A DNA stretch of 54,085 nucleotides from a virus (Duplodnaviria; Caudoviricetes): positions 1-54,085 of the IMG/VR virus record IMGVR_UViG_3300014502_000008. One strand, 5' to 3'. Both the position numbers and the translations under genes were made by a program. The notes under the pieces are model-generated. The model saw nothing but the letters and a program-made list of their open reading frames with translations. It searched no databases and was not told the origin of the DNA. The stretch's first letter is position 1. Each line of letters opens with the position of its first letter. Below, piece by piece: positions 1 to 9,824 of this stretch.

Positions 1-38
1 ACCCACACGGTTTAATGTGTAAGTGTCTGATAATCTTT

Positions 39-87
39 GTAGCGAGACGGGGGAATGATCCCCGGACCTCATGATTATGAATCATGC
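39..87 (-). repeat. att site: 3' half of tRNA-Met(CAT) duplicated by integration
   Basis: Reverse complement GCATGATTCATAATCATGAGGTCCGGGGATCATTCCCCCGTCTCGCTAC gives the anticodon arm (CAT), T-arm and acceptor 3' strand. The D-arm and 5' half are absent. Confidence 0.85.
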
Positions 88-197
88 AGGCATAAAGCTG
101 TATTATATCTGTCTGTCTGTCTGTTATATGGTTTACAAATGTTCTATGTATCGCATTTGTATATTTTAACCTTAAAATCACATGTCAATAACTTTGT

Positions 198-228
198 TTT
201 GAAAGCATGAATTTATAGGTTATGTTTG
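198..228 (+). promoter_or_regulatory. Bacteroidota sigma-A promoter
   Basis: TTTG (198-201), 19-nt spacer, TATGTTTG (221-228); matches the -33/-7 consensus. Confidence 0.55.
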
Positions 229-285
229 TAGCTCCATTTCGTCTTTCATTCATTATTGGTTGAGTTTGAGTTTGTCTTGTTACCA

Positions 286-318
286 GAAAAGCCCCTGATT
301 GACTACCAGGGGCTTTTC
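286..318. terminator. Bidirectional intrinsic terminator ending the late/lysis operon
   Basis: GAAAAGCCCCTG-9nt-CAGGGGCTTTTC perfect inverted repeat just past the stop at 342. Confidence 0.8.
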
Positions 319-341
319 ATTTATACTAGGTCCGTATTGGC

Positions 342-1148
342 CTACTGGAAGAAGTCAGTCACCCTCCTTGCCGGTATCTTATATTGAAGAAGCGTACCTC
401 TGATCTTTGACAGCTGGTTATTCCATTCAGCCTCTTCTATCGGGTAGTCGTTAGTGTTCCGGTTGATCTTATACCATTCCTTCACTGAATAGATAACAAG
501 GGCTTCCTGAATAGCTGCTCCTACACCCAGGAACAGGTTAAGGTCCCAGCTCGGATCTAAGGTAAGGTAATAGATCACCAAATTACCAGTCACCGGGCAA
601 ACAACATACTCCATGCCTTCAACATCAGCAGTAAAAGCTGATGCAAGGGTTATGGCAGTGGCTGTATTACTCAGGATTACTCTCTCCTGGTTCAATCCAA
701 TCCCCGGTGTGGTAATTACCACCTTCATGTCCTTTAGCCCATCAACGGTAAAGGCTTTGGTTGAATCTGTCAGGACAGCTCCCGCAACAGTAGTAGCTAT
801 ACCGGAGTGTAGAGGATTGCCAAACTTAACATTATGCCTGGTCGCATTGGTGATGTCCTTAGTCCAGGATGAAAGTTTCCGGGATACCTCGGTGGTTCCG
901 TTTTTGATGATCTCATCAAACCAGTCCCTTTCGTCCTCTGTGAGGGCAAGTTTCTCAAGTATAGACTGGTTTTGTCCGTCAACGGCAAACCTGCCTCTTA
1001 AAGCTGTTCTCTTTTTTGCTGCTGCAAAAACCTGGTCAAGATCAGTGAGAACCATGACCCTTAAAACGTCAGTAGCATCGGTTTTAGCTGCGCTAAAATC
1101 TGCAATAGACTGATACGTGTTCTTAGTTGCATTATAAACGTAATTCAT
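342..1148 (-). CDS. Putative virion/head-tail adaptor-like protein
   Basis: 268-aa ORF in the late operon; helical N- and C-terminal parts around a Thr/Ala-rich beta insert. Confidence 0.45.
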   Translation of the reverse strand: MNYVYNATKNTYQSIADFSAAKTDATDVLRVMVLTDLDQVFAAAKKRTALRGRFAVDGQNQSILEKLALTEDERDWFDEIIKNGTTEVSRKLSSWTKDITNATRHNVKFGNPLHSGIATTVAGAVLTDSTKAFTVDGLKDMKVVITTPGIGLNQERVILSNTATAITLASAFTADVEGMEYVVCPVTGNLVIYYLTLDPSWDLNLFLGVGAAIQEALVIYSVKEWYKINRNTNDYPIEEAEWNNQLSKIRGTLLQYKIPARRVTDFFQ

Positions 1149-1166
1149 AGCTTGTAAAAAATTTAT

Positions 1167-1859
1167 TTATTTAAGATATTGATGTACTGCTTCTGCTGTG
1201 GCTGCACCGACAAGTACGTGTAACCACCATTTTTCATACCATTTTTTTCTATCCTCCACTATCAGGATATCCATCTGTTTAACTTTAAGGTAAGGGTTGT
1301 TCGTAGTAAATACACCCTTTGGGGTGGTCTTAAAGAATCCGGATTTCACATAGCCTATTGAGATGGTCCCTGAAAACGGGACAGACAGGTTAAAATAGCC
1401 CTTCTTGTTAGCATGAATCCCAAAGGCTAGTTTGACATACTCACTTTCGTAAGGCCATTCCCAGGGTATTCTTAATGCCTGGTAATTACCTTCTATTGTA
1501 TCCTTGACTGTCACAATTTGAATCTCAGGAGGTATTTTCAGGGAATCTCTTAATATATCGATTGTGCCTGCCAGCTCTGCATTGGCAACCAGCTCGGCAA
1601 AATGTAATTTCCTTAAACGCTCCCTTTCGATTATCCCGGCAGCAATGGCGTCTTTTTGCGTAAGGATTATAGCATCTTTCTCCGACACATAGGTCCTTAG
1701 GCCTGCAATCTTTACGGAGTATGTTTCTATGCTATCCCTGGCAGCGATAAGATTAGCCTGTTGCTCTGATCTTTCTTTTCTGGTACTATTCCTTCCTGCG
1801 ATAAAGGCTGCTGTAAATACCCCTGTAACTGCTAATGCGATATAAACGTATTTTATCAT
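1167..1859 (-). CDS. Spanin-like lysis protein
   Basis: N-terminal TM, coiled coil, C-terminal KKWYEKWW plus hydrophobic tail; follows holin and endolysin. Confidence 0.6.
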   Translation of the reverse strand: MIKYVYIALAVTGVFTAAFIAGRNSTRKERSEQQANLIAARDSIETYSVKIAGLRTYVSEKDAIILTQKDAIAAGIIERERLRKLHFAELVANAELAGTIDILRDSLKIPPEIQIVTVKDTIEGNYQALRIPWEWPYESEYVKLAFGIHANKKGYFNLSVPFSGTISIGYVKSGFFKTTPKGVFTTNNPYLKVKQMDILIVEDRKKWYEKWWLHVLVGAATAEAVHQYLK

Positions 1860-2089
1860 TTCGTTTCGTAGCTTTTTTGAAGTGCTTTAAATCCAAATGC
1901 CGGTGCGACGAATACGCCAATAGCTCCAATGGCAAAGGCTATCCCTTCCCATTTTATTTCAGTTTCCTTGACTGCCATTATTACGATAGCAATCATGATA
2001 GCCAGGACCAGACCGGCAGCCATGCCGATTATCCAGTAGAGGCTTACTCTCATTGATGATCTTTTCCCTTCAGGGTTTTTTAGGCTCAT
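1856..2089 (-). CDS. Putative holin
   Basis: 77 aa, two TM helices, charged termini, overlaps the endolysin. Confidence 0.65.
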   Translation of the reverse strand: MSLKNPEGKRSSMRVSLYWIIGMAAGLVLAIMIAIVIMAVKETEIKWEGIAFAIGAIGVFVAPAFGFKALQKSYETK

Positions 2090-2654
2090 AGTTGTTTTTC
2101 TCCAAAATATTATTTAACAAAAATTTATGTACGTCAAAATTCGGGCATGTCTTATTCGCGAAGTCATTATGACCAGCTATCAGGAGTGTAGGGCATTTCT
2201 CTATTTCTTCCTTGATAGTCCGTATTAGAGTAATCTTTTGCGCCTCGGTGTAAAGAGTGCTAAACTGCTCTATCTTGCTATTACTGCCTCCACCTTCCAG
2301 GCAAATATGCCGGGAGATCGAATTTACTCCGGTAGCTCCCCAGGTTATTTCATCATTTTCTATATCATTATCACCATCAAAGGGAGTAAGTATTTCTTTC
2401 ATCCCGTTCCGGTGAATCAAAATAGAGTATCCTAACCTGGCCCATCCCCTTCCTTTTAGATGAAGAATAGGTTTACTATTAATAATATCCTCCGGCAGAT
2501 CAGCCCTGGATTTATAATTCTTCTCTAGGTATCTCACCCCTCCGTCAGATTGATCGCATGGTCCTTTATGCCATTCTTCCAACATTCCTTTTGTGACGGT
2601 CATGGTTGCCGGGGTTGCCGAACAATGAATGACCAGGTATTTAAGTTTTCCCAT
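2070..2654 (-). CDS. Endolysin, N-acetylmuramoyl-L-alanine amidase (Amidase_2/T7 lysozyme-like)
   Basis: LVIHCSAT, GY, GHNDFANKTCP zinc-ligand motifs. Confidence 0.92.
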   Translation of the reverse strand: MGKLKYLVIHCSATPATMTVTKGMLEEWHKGPCDQSDGGVRYLEKNYKSRADLPEDIINSKPILHLKGRGWARLGYSILIHRNGMKEILTPFDGDNDIENDEITWGATGVNSISRHICLEGGGSNSKIEQFSTLYTEAQKITLIRTIKEEIEKCPTLLIAGHNDFANKTCPNFDVHKFLLNNILEKNNYEPKKP

Positions 2655-2656
2655 AT

Positions 2657-5600
2657 TTAAAGTATTACTGTAATTTCGTTTGCACCCATTATTATATTCT
2701 GACCTGCAGATGCTCCCCAGGGACTTACTACCCCTCTTATCCTTGCTTTGGCTCTAATAAATCCCAATTGAGCCGAAGCCACCCCTTCAGATCTCCCTGC
2801 GATATATCTAAACATCCCGTTTAACGGTGATGCAGTAACATGAGCCAGACAATTTATCTGGCCTGATAGTGTTGTTTTACCCCGGATATCTGCATATACA
2901 ATAGCAGAACCAGATAATTGCCCTACTACCGGGATTTTGCCTTTTAAGCTCCCCGAAACGGAAACCACACCATTCGCCTGGCTTACTAATGTTCCTTTGC
3001 CCTTAATATTGCCCGATATCGTAACTACACCGTCTGCCTGGCTTACTAAATTTCCTTTGCCCTGGATGCTGCCTGAAACAGTTCCGGTTCCGTCTGCCTG
3101 GCCTGCTAAAGTCTCTTTGCTTTTGATATGGCCTGAAACTGTTACCACACCGATTGCCTGTCCTGCTAAGGTCCCTTTTCCTTTAACAGAGACTGAAATA
3201 GTTACCACTCCGTTTGCTTGTCCTGCCAGAGCCCCTTTTCCTTTAACACTGCCCGAAACAGTTACCACACCGTTTGCCTGTCCTTGTATATGTTCGGTAG
3301 TTGTGCTTGTGCCTGATTCGTAGGCTCCAATGTCAGGTGCAGATCCATTAAAAGGAAGACCTACATTCACCCCTGCGTCAATTGCAAGCGAACCGGGAGC
3401 TAAATGAAAATCAGTAGAACTAACAAAGAGGGTGATGTTGTTTGCAGTAACCCTTTTAAGCTCACCACTTACAGTTTTATTGGCAATCGTTCCGCCTACC
3501 TCAAGCAAGCTATTATTGTTCCCGCAGTTATATAACAGGTTATTCTGAGCAGTCAGTCCTGTCCATGATCCACCACCAAAGGCTGTTCCGTAAGGAGCCT
3601 GGACAAATCCACAGATGATATTATTCTGTATATAAACATTGTTAGCTGAATCCTCTGTGTCAATCCAGATGCCAATCCCTCCGGGAGATGCTGCATACGC
3701 AAGGATGGTATTGTTCCAGATATAAATATTGTTTGCATAAGGAGAGCCACCACCACCGAAGGCAATACCAAATCCAGCTCCATAAGTAACCCCACCCTCA
3801 GTACGATCCGACCAACTATTTGGCACATCCAGAATAAGGTTAGACCATATTTTAATATTTGTGAAACGACCTGCATCAGCCCATGTCCCGTTATGACAGA
3901 AGTAAATTCCACGATCACAATTCTTTATAATGTTATGGTGAATCTCTAATGAATCACATTTTTCCTCAAACTCAACCCCTGAATAATAAACACTTACGGC
4001 ATGAGTAGTATTATATCCAATGATGTTGTAACGAAAAGAAACAGAAAAGCTATACGTGCCTTTATAGGTCCCTGACCCAAAATCGAAGAGGCCTATTATG
4101 GTATTGCCATAAATTTCCAGACCATACCCTATTCCGGTATCTTTGTCATTGCACCAGGCTTCAAACAGAAAAGAAAAATCATCCCCGGCATACAGACCAT
4201 TCAATTCATTGTCATATATCTTGCATCCCCGGTTGCCATCCTCATACCGGATGCCATCCCCTGTGGTAGAATCTCCTCTTAAGTATTGATTCAGTACGCT
4301 GTTGTAAAACTGAAAACCTGTCTGATTCCTTATGAACAGAGTTGATTCCCTGTCATTCGTGTACCCACCGCAATTCTCTAATACGCAATCATGAACACTG
4401 TTGCCTGAGTTACCTGTACTACTTCCATTAAACCTGACACCTATAAGCTCAAAGTCTATTACAGTACAGTTAAGTATCTCAACATTACTCCTGTTATAGA
4501 CGATAATCCCAAAGGTTCCTGTCCGATTGTCACCACTTAAAGTGATCCCGCTGATATGCTGTGCTGTATTTGCTCCTCCTGAAAGATACAGATACCCATC
4601 ATCACGACCATTATTCCAATCTGTTGTATAGTGAGACTTAATGATGGTTGTTGCCATCCCTGCACCTTCGATGTTTACGTTCTGTCCAAGTACTGCTCTT
4701 GATGTTTCTGTATATGTCCCAGCGTTAACATGTATAATACTCCCTGCTATATAAGCTCGTGAACAAGCATACGCAAGTGTGCGCCAGGGGCTTCCTGCTG
4801 TACCATTAGCAGGATTATCTACTCCTGTTAAGGCTACATAGTAATGTACCCCAATAGATTTATTGACGCATGTACCTACCAATGTCGATAAACCGGCAGA
4901 AGCACCTACTAACTTTCCTCTTGGACTAAGTATCCCAAGTACGGTTGCAGCACCAGGCGAATTACCATAAAGTTTCCCTTTACTGATAATATTGGCAGAC
5001 TGAGAAGCGATTCCTGCGGATAGCCCTAATAAAGCTCTCTTACTCTTAACGGTCCCTGATACAGTTCCGACACCGTTTGCCTGCCCTAATAATGTGCCTC
5101 TGCCTTTAACACTGCCTGAGATTGTAACTATACCATCCGCATGTCCTAATAGCGTACCCTTACCTGTTACAGTCCCTGATACGGTAACGACACCGCTTGT
5201 TTGTCCTAATAATGTCCCTTTGCCCTTAATGGTCCCTGAAACAGTAGCGATACCATCTACCTGGCCTAATAACGTCCCTCTCCCCTTTGTGCTGCCAGAT
5301 ATTGTAACTAATCCGTCTGCATGGCCTAGCAGCGTTCCTTTGCCGGTTAATGCCCCTGACAGACTTGCTATACTCTCCGAATTACCTACAATCGCCTTGA
5401 TAGGGGAATCAGCGTTATGTAATGTTCCTGAAATTACAACTACACCGGCAGCCTGGGCCAGCATCCTGCCAAACCCTGTTATAATCCCTGTCACTGTGCT
5501 AATTCCATCAGACAACCCGATCATGGCTGCTCTAGCTCTTGGAATTGCTGAGACTGTGGTACTCCCAATGGACAGTCCGGTTGTGGTTGCCCTACCTCTT

Positions 5601-6916
5601 GGGATTACTGAGACTGTGGTACTCGCATTAGATTGACCTATTATTTTTGTTCTTGCATTTGGGTTTGCGCTTACCGTTGTGGAGCCATTGGATTGACCTA
5701 TTGTTCTGGCCCTCCCCTTTGGGGTACCTGAGACAGTTGTGGAACCAGTGGCTTGAGCAATTATACGTATCCTTGCTCTTAGTGTCCCTGCTACAGTAGA
5801 AATGCCATTAATCAGACCGGATATAGCCCCGGCAACACCCTCGGTCAATGTTCCCCAAACTGTTTCTACTGCTTCAGAAACAACAGGCTTTACACTTACA
5901 TTATCCAGGTGCATTACACCAGCCGAATCGTATGTGTAAAATGTCAGTGTCGAAGGAGGAGCCCCTGCGCTATCAAACGGTATATCTGCGGAGTAATGAC
6001 CATTGGCAGAGTAATCTATATCATTCTTAGATCCACCATCAGTAGTTCCGAAGATAAACCTTATCGTCCCGCTAACATAATTGTTAATATCAAATTCAAC
6101 CCGGTAGGTGTTTCCATACTCGATAGGGATATCCTGGCTCATTACAGTTGAGTAACTATCTACCGTATTAACTACAGCTTCTCCCCCTGTTATAGTTGCA
6201 CGAACTAAATTCCAATCTGTATCTGCATCAAAAGCCCCGTTTGTAACCTTTTCAGGATATCCACCTGAAGTAGATTCGCCTACTAATGTTCCAATAGTAT
6301 AAGGATGGACCGCAAGGGTAAATGAGACCCACTGTTCTGTAACTGATGTAAATGTACCAGGGTCTAAAACAGAATTATTGACAGTTCTTTCTGCTGTGTT
6401 GGTTGAAGCACTACTTGTACCTACACCTGCCTGGCTCTGTAAGTTTGAAAAGTTTGTTGGTGCAACTGTAGCTAATACTGTTGAATCCCCTCCCCTGGTT
6501 GTTATCCACAAATAGTCCTTTGCTCCACCGGTTGGGGTAAGCGATGGAGGATTAGAGTTAGTGCTACTCCCGTTTGCGGAAGCTCCTTCAACTCGATATG
6601 CTCCGGTTATTCTTAATGAAACATGGCTCGATTGTTCGGCTGCTGAAGTGGTAAGGGTAAGCGCATCTGAACCCTCGGCTATCTTCCAGGCATAAACACT
6701 CTTGACAGTGGTACTGTATGCTGCTGCTGTACCAAGCGTCCAATTACTCCCGGATGCCCCTGTATTAATTGAAATTGTAGGATTCCCGTCAACAGAGAAA
6801 ACAACAAGCAACAAGTTACCCGCTACTATACCAGAAGGTAAAGTAATGGGGTGACTTGTTACATCTGATGCTGTCGTACGTGCGGCTGCTCTTGCAGCTA
6901 CTATCGGGAATGCCAT
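2657..6916 (-). CDS. Large tail fibre/receptor-binding protein with beta-helix and 19-aa Gly-rich repeats
   Basis: YYVALTGVD...PWRTL start and PDIGAYE end typical of pectin-lyase-like beta-helices, flanked by GTLxGQAxGVVTVSGxVKGK repeats. Confidence 0.75.
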   Translation of the reverse strand: MAFPIVAARAAARTTASDVTSHPITLPSGIVAGNLLLVVFSVDGNPTISINTGASGSNWTLGTAAAYSTTVKSVYAWKIAEGSDALTLTTSAAEQSSHVSLRITGAYRVEGASANGSSTNSNPPSLTPTGGAKDYLWITTRGGDSTVLATVAPTNFSNLQSQAGVGTSSASTNTAERTVNNSVLDPGTFTSVTEQWVSFTLAVHPYTIGTLVGESTSGGYPEKVTNGAFDADTDWNLVRATITGGEAVVNTVDSYSTVMSQDIPIEYGNTYRVEFDINNYVSGTIRFIFGTTDGGSKNDIDYSANGHYSADIPFDSAGAPPSTLTFYTYDSAGVMHLDNVSVKPVVSEAVETVWGTLTEGVAGAISGLINGISTVAGTLRARIRIIAQATGSTTVSGTPKGRARTIGQSNGSTTVSANPNARTKIIGQSNASTTVSVIPRGRATTTGLSIGSTTVSAIPRARAAMIGLSDGISTVTGIITGFGRMLAQAAGVVVISGTLHNADSPIKAIVGNSESIASLSGALTGKGTLLGHADGLVTISGSTKGRGTLLGQVDGIATVSGTIKGKGTLLGQTSGVVTVSGTVTGKGTLLGHADGIVTISGSVKGRGTLLGQANGVGTVSGTVKSKRALLGLSAGIASQSANIISKGKLYGNSPGAATVLGILSPRGKLVGASAGLSTLVGTCVNKSIGVHYYVALTGVDNPANGTAGSPWRTLAYACSRAYIAGSIIHVNAGTYTETSRAVLGQNVNIEGAGMATTIIKSHYTTDWNNGRDDGYLYLSGGANTAQHISGITLSGDNRTGTFGIIVYNRSNVEILNCTVIDFELIGVRFNGSSTGNSGNSVHDCVLENCGGYTNDRESTLFIRNQTGFQFYNSVLNQYLRGDSTTGDGIRYEDGNRGCKIYDNELNGLYAGDDFSFLFEAWCNDKDTGIGYGLEIYGNTIIGLFDFGSGTYKGTYSFSVSFRYNIIGYNTTHAVSVYYSGVEFEEKCDSLEIHHNIIKNCDRGIYFCHNGTWADAGRFTNIKIWSNLILDVPNSWSDRTEGGVTYGAGFGIAFGGGGSPYANNIYIWNNTILAYAASPGGIGIWIDTEDSANNVYIQNNIICGFVQAPYGTAFGGGSWTGLTAQNNLLYNCGNNNSLLEVGGTIANKTVSGELKRVTANNITLFVSSTDFHLAPGSLAIDAGVNVGLPFNGSAPDIGAYESGTSTTTEHIQGQANGVVTVSGSVKGKGALAGQANGVVTISVSVKGKGTLAGQAIGVVTVSGHIKSKETLAGQADGTGTVSGSIQGKGNLVSQADGVVTISGNIKGKGTLVSQANGVVSVSGSLKGKIPVVGQLSGSAIVYADIRGKTTLSGQINCLAHVTASPLNGMFRYIAGRSEGVASAQLGFIRAKARIRGVVSPWGASAGQNIIMGANEITVIL
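2880..3300 (-). repeat. 57-bp (19-aa) tandem repeat block, C-terminal
   Basis: Repeated GQANGVVTVSGSVKGKGxLA units. Confidence 0.85.
4880..5830 (-). repeat. 57-bp (19-aa) tandem repeat block, N-terminal of beta-helix
   Basis: Repeated IGQSNGSTTVS and GTLLGxxDGxVTxSG units. Confidence 0.85.
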
Positions 6917-6930
6917 ACAAAAGTATTAAG

Positions 6931-6957
6931 AAGGGCAGAAGCCAAGCCGCTGCCCTT
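6931..6957 (-). terminator. Intergenic hairpin/weak terminator
   Basis: AAGGGCAG...CTGCCCTT inverted repeat between two tail genes. Confidence 0.5.
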
Positions 6958-6965
6958 AATTATTA

Positions 6966-7415
6966 CTAGTCCTCAGTTACAGTCAATGCTCCGGCTGCAA
7001 ATTCCGGGATGATGCCCTGGGTAATGGAAAGAGATGCAGGGGATGTTAATGCTCCGCTGTATAGAATCTTACCAGCACCAGAGGTAGATGTACCAACACT
7101 AAAATATGTTGCTACTGATGTGCCAACGTCTGATCTTGCGCCAAAGGTTATTGCAGCAGCGTTCACAACGCTATTGGCTGTTACGGTCCATCCTCCGATA
7201 GTTCTTGCTACCGCTACCCTGGCATAACCAGTGTAAGCTACTTCGGAAGTTGCTTGATTGCCTGCTTCACCCGGATCAGCTGTATGAAGAGCTACAAATA
7301 AACTACCTACCGTTGCTGCTGCCGGTAATCCAGTTGCATCACCAATTAAGGGGATGGTTGCATTCTGAAATATATGTTTCAGAAGGTCATTTTCGAAAGT
7401 ATCTGCCTTTGCCAT
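6966..7415 (-). CDS. Conserved phage tail-fibre-associated structural protein
   Basis: LFVALHTADPGEAG...SEVAYTGYARVAV motif common in small phage tail proteins preceding long fibres. Confidence 0.65.
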   Translation of the reverse strand: MAKADTFENDLLKHIFQNATIPLIGDATGLPAAATVGSLFVALHTADPGEAGNQATSEVAYTGYARVAVARTIGGWTVTANSVVNAAAITFGARSDVGTSVATYFSVGTSTSGAGKILYSGALTSPASLSITQGIIPEFAAGALTVTED

Positions 7416-7471
7416 TTTAGTATTTATTTAAAGTGATTATTATTCAATTAGTTATTACATTTTTCATCGTT

Positions 7472-8611
7472 TTAAAACACCAGATCATCGCACAGTTTAG
7501 CAGCACTATCAGTGCGCATGTTATACACCCTGTAATTGTCGCAGTATAGCGCTGCGCTGTCGGTATGACCTGCCTGAGCAATTATTTTATCAGTATTGTT
7601 ATGCCCTTCTCCTATTAGATCAGACGTTGTACCTATCAATGTATCTGTTATATTGCTCCATGCCTGGGACTCTGACCCTGACGGAGCTGCCTCATAATAA
7701 GTGTAGGAGCCGTCACCATTATCTACAATGTGAAATATATAACCGCCTGCAGGGCCTATATCCCTTAAATCGTAAGAAGGAGAAGCGGAAGTAAATGAGC
7801 GAATTGCACGAATAGCATTTAGATTTTCTTTACCATCCATGCCATTATTATTAGTAGTAAAATTATGTCTATACGCATACACATCTACTACTTCGCTTGA
7901 ACTCCAATATCCATATCCTCCAAATCCACCAACATTATATACATATAGAACATCATGCATTGCTTGTAATTCATTTATCGAAGGCAGGAACCAGTCACTG
8001 AATGAATTAGTTGCGATAATCTTTCTGGTATTTTCCTTCCCTGTACCTATTGCAGTGCCGGTGCCTATCGCCCTGTTAGCTATAATGCTCCAGAAGTAAG
8101 ACAATGATGTGTCCATTGGCATTGACTCATAATACAAGCCATCTGCATAGGCAAATATATACCCACGTGCCGGGCCAATGTCTCTGATGTTATAATCGCC
8201 AACGTTGCCGGCAAATGACCTGATAGCTCTCACATGGCTATTTGTATCGCTTTTTAGTGTGACATTTGCAGCTCCTACTAAAAAATGAATCGAGATAGCA
8301 TTTATATCAGGTGATTGGTCCCATTCCGATGAAGACCAGTACTGCGCATTAGCAAAGTCACCAATGCCATATACTTTAAGCTGATTATACATTTCGAGCA
8401 ATTCGAGACGAGAAGGCAGGAACCAGTCGTCAAAATCATTACCTCCGTAATTGCGGAAATTATAGAGGCTATCCTTGCCCCCTTTGTATGCAGGATCGAA
8501 AAGGGAATCTATTGCCCTGGCAAAACAATCAACCAGGTCGTGTGCAGCATCAATAATGAAATCAACCACGTCCTGAAGGGAGAAATTATCTGTATCGGGT
8601 ATTCGTGCCAT
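7472..8611 (-). CDS. Tail protein with two tandem Lcl/DUF1566-like C-type lectin domains
   Basis: Two copies of DWFLPSxxEL...YWSSSE...RAIRSF. Confidence 0.75.
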   Translation of the reverse strand: MARIPDTDNFSLQDVVDFIIDAAHDLVDCFARAIDSLFDPAYKGGKDSLYNFRNYGGNDFDDWFLPSRLELLEMYNQLKVYGIGDFANAQYWSSSEWDQSPDINAISIHFLVGAANVTLKSDTNSHVRAIRSFAGNVGDYNIRDIGPARGYIFAYADGLYYESMPMDTSLSYFWSIIANRAIGTGTAIGTGKENTRKIIATNSFSDWFLPSINELQAMHDVLYVYNVGGFGGYGYWSSSEVVDVYAYRHNFTTNNNGMDGKENLNAIRAIRSFTSASPSYDLRDIGPAGGYIFHIVDNGDGSYTYYEAAPSGSESQAWSNITDTLIGTTSDLIGEGHNNTDKIIAQAGHTDSAALYCDNYRVYNMRTDSAAKLCDDLVF

Positions 8612-9411
8612 TAGTTCTGCCTCCCTTCCAGTTCAATTATCCTTGCTTTCAGGTTTGCTATTTCACGAAATACCAGGTCTAATGCCGACACAGACAGGAA
8701 GCCAGCATGTTCATGGACAAGCTCAGGGTGTTTTTCCTGTAATTCCTGTGCGATAACACCGTATCTGATTACTCCAGGTTCTGAGATAAACTCAAATTGC
8801 TTGTATTCAACTGTAATCGGAGTTCCAGGGATGGGTTTTATTTTCGTTTTGAGCCTTCTGTCAGAAGAAAGCCTATGATTTGTCGCTAATACTGTACCTG
8901 CAACAGTAACATTTCCCTGGAAGCTAGGGCTGTTTATCGGTGCGAAGTAGCTTTTATGCTCACCATCGAGAGTGTCGGCATCCAGTCCAGATGCGTCACC
9001 ATCCACTTGTTTAAGTATAGTGAGAATCTGCTCCCCGGTTATATTGACTTTGGATAATAATTCAGATAACTTCTTAGTGCCTAAGTAAATTTCAATAAGG
9101 TCATTGGGATTCTCCAAGTATATCTTAACCTGGGGTAGATATGTGTTTGTTGGATGGTAGATTATTGTTCCGTCAATCGTTATATCGATGTTATGGTTGT
9201 TGTCCATAACAAACTCAATATTTCCGGTAGATGATTCTTCAAGAAAAACAATACTGGAATCGCCTTCTTTCTCAATTTCTATTCCTATGCCTCCTGTTTG
9301 CTGTTCAACCAGTAGGGCTGGTGAAGCTGAAAGAATAAGTTCAACATCAAGATCACCCGGATAGAATACTCCAAGAGCATGTTCCCAGATATGTATTATC
9401 TCCTCTTCCAT
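8611..9411 (-). CDS. Tail fibre protein with peptidase S74 intramolecular chaperone domain
   Basis: GLDADTLDG, SSDRRLKTKI, YGVIAQEL, C-terminal coiled coil. Confidence 0.8.
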   Translation of the reverse strand: MEEEIIHIWEHALGVFYPGDLDVELILSASPALLVEQQTGGIGIEIEKEGDSSIVFLEESSTGNIEFVMDNNHNIDITIDGTIIYHPTNTYLPQVKIYLENPNDLIEIYLGTKKLSELLSKVNITGEQILTILKQVDGDASGLDADTLDGEHKSYFAPINSPSFQGNVTVAGTVLATNHRLSSDRRLKTKIKPIPGTPITVEYKQFEFISEPGVIRYGVIAQELQEKHPELVHEHAGFLSVSALDLVFREIANLKARIIELEGRQN

Positions 9412-9416
9412 TGAAC

Positions 9417-9806
9417 TTAGGTTTTGGCCTTGAGGATCTCGCTGAATTTTCCGGTCTTGATTATTACCCTGGTCCCTGCTGGTGCGTCTGCATCTGGCAC
9501 CGAAACATTGACTTGTATTTTATTGGCATTGCCCTCGGCAGCCTGTGTCTGTGCTGCTGATAGGATTAGTTGAAGCCTGATATCGGTGCTGCTGATATCT
9601 TTATGGACCATGACCGTCCATCCTGTAAGGGGATTAGGTTCAGTCCCGTAATAAAATCTAGCAAAAACAACTCCGGTAATAGCATTGAAGATGAATACCT
9701 GCACCCCTGTTACCTGGTTGGTATCAGTTGGATTCAGGATAATACCTGCTTCATCCTTCACCTTTATTAAAAACTTAGGTGTACTACCTGCGTAAATCGC
9801 TGCCAT
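9417..9806 (-). CDS. BppU-like Ig-fold tail protein
   Basis: IYAGSTPKF...LSAAQTQA pattern; position in tail module. Confidence 0.45.
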   Translation of the reverse strand: MAAIYAGSTPKFLIKVKDEAGIILNPTDTNQVTGVQVFIFNAITGVVFARFYYGTEPNPLTGWTVMVHKDISSTDIRLQLILSAAQTQAAEGNANKIQVNVSVPDADAPAGTRVIIKTGKFSEILKAKT

Positions 9807-9824
9807 TACCGGAGTTATTAATGA

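Noticed and set aside
39-87. Intact tRNA gene
   Set aside because: The 5' acceptor strand and D-arm are missing.
7472-8611. Complete diversity-generating retroelement
   Set aside because: No reverse transcriptase or template repeat was seen. The two lectin copies are both coding and differ at non-adenine positions.
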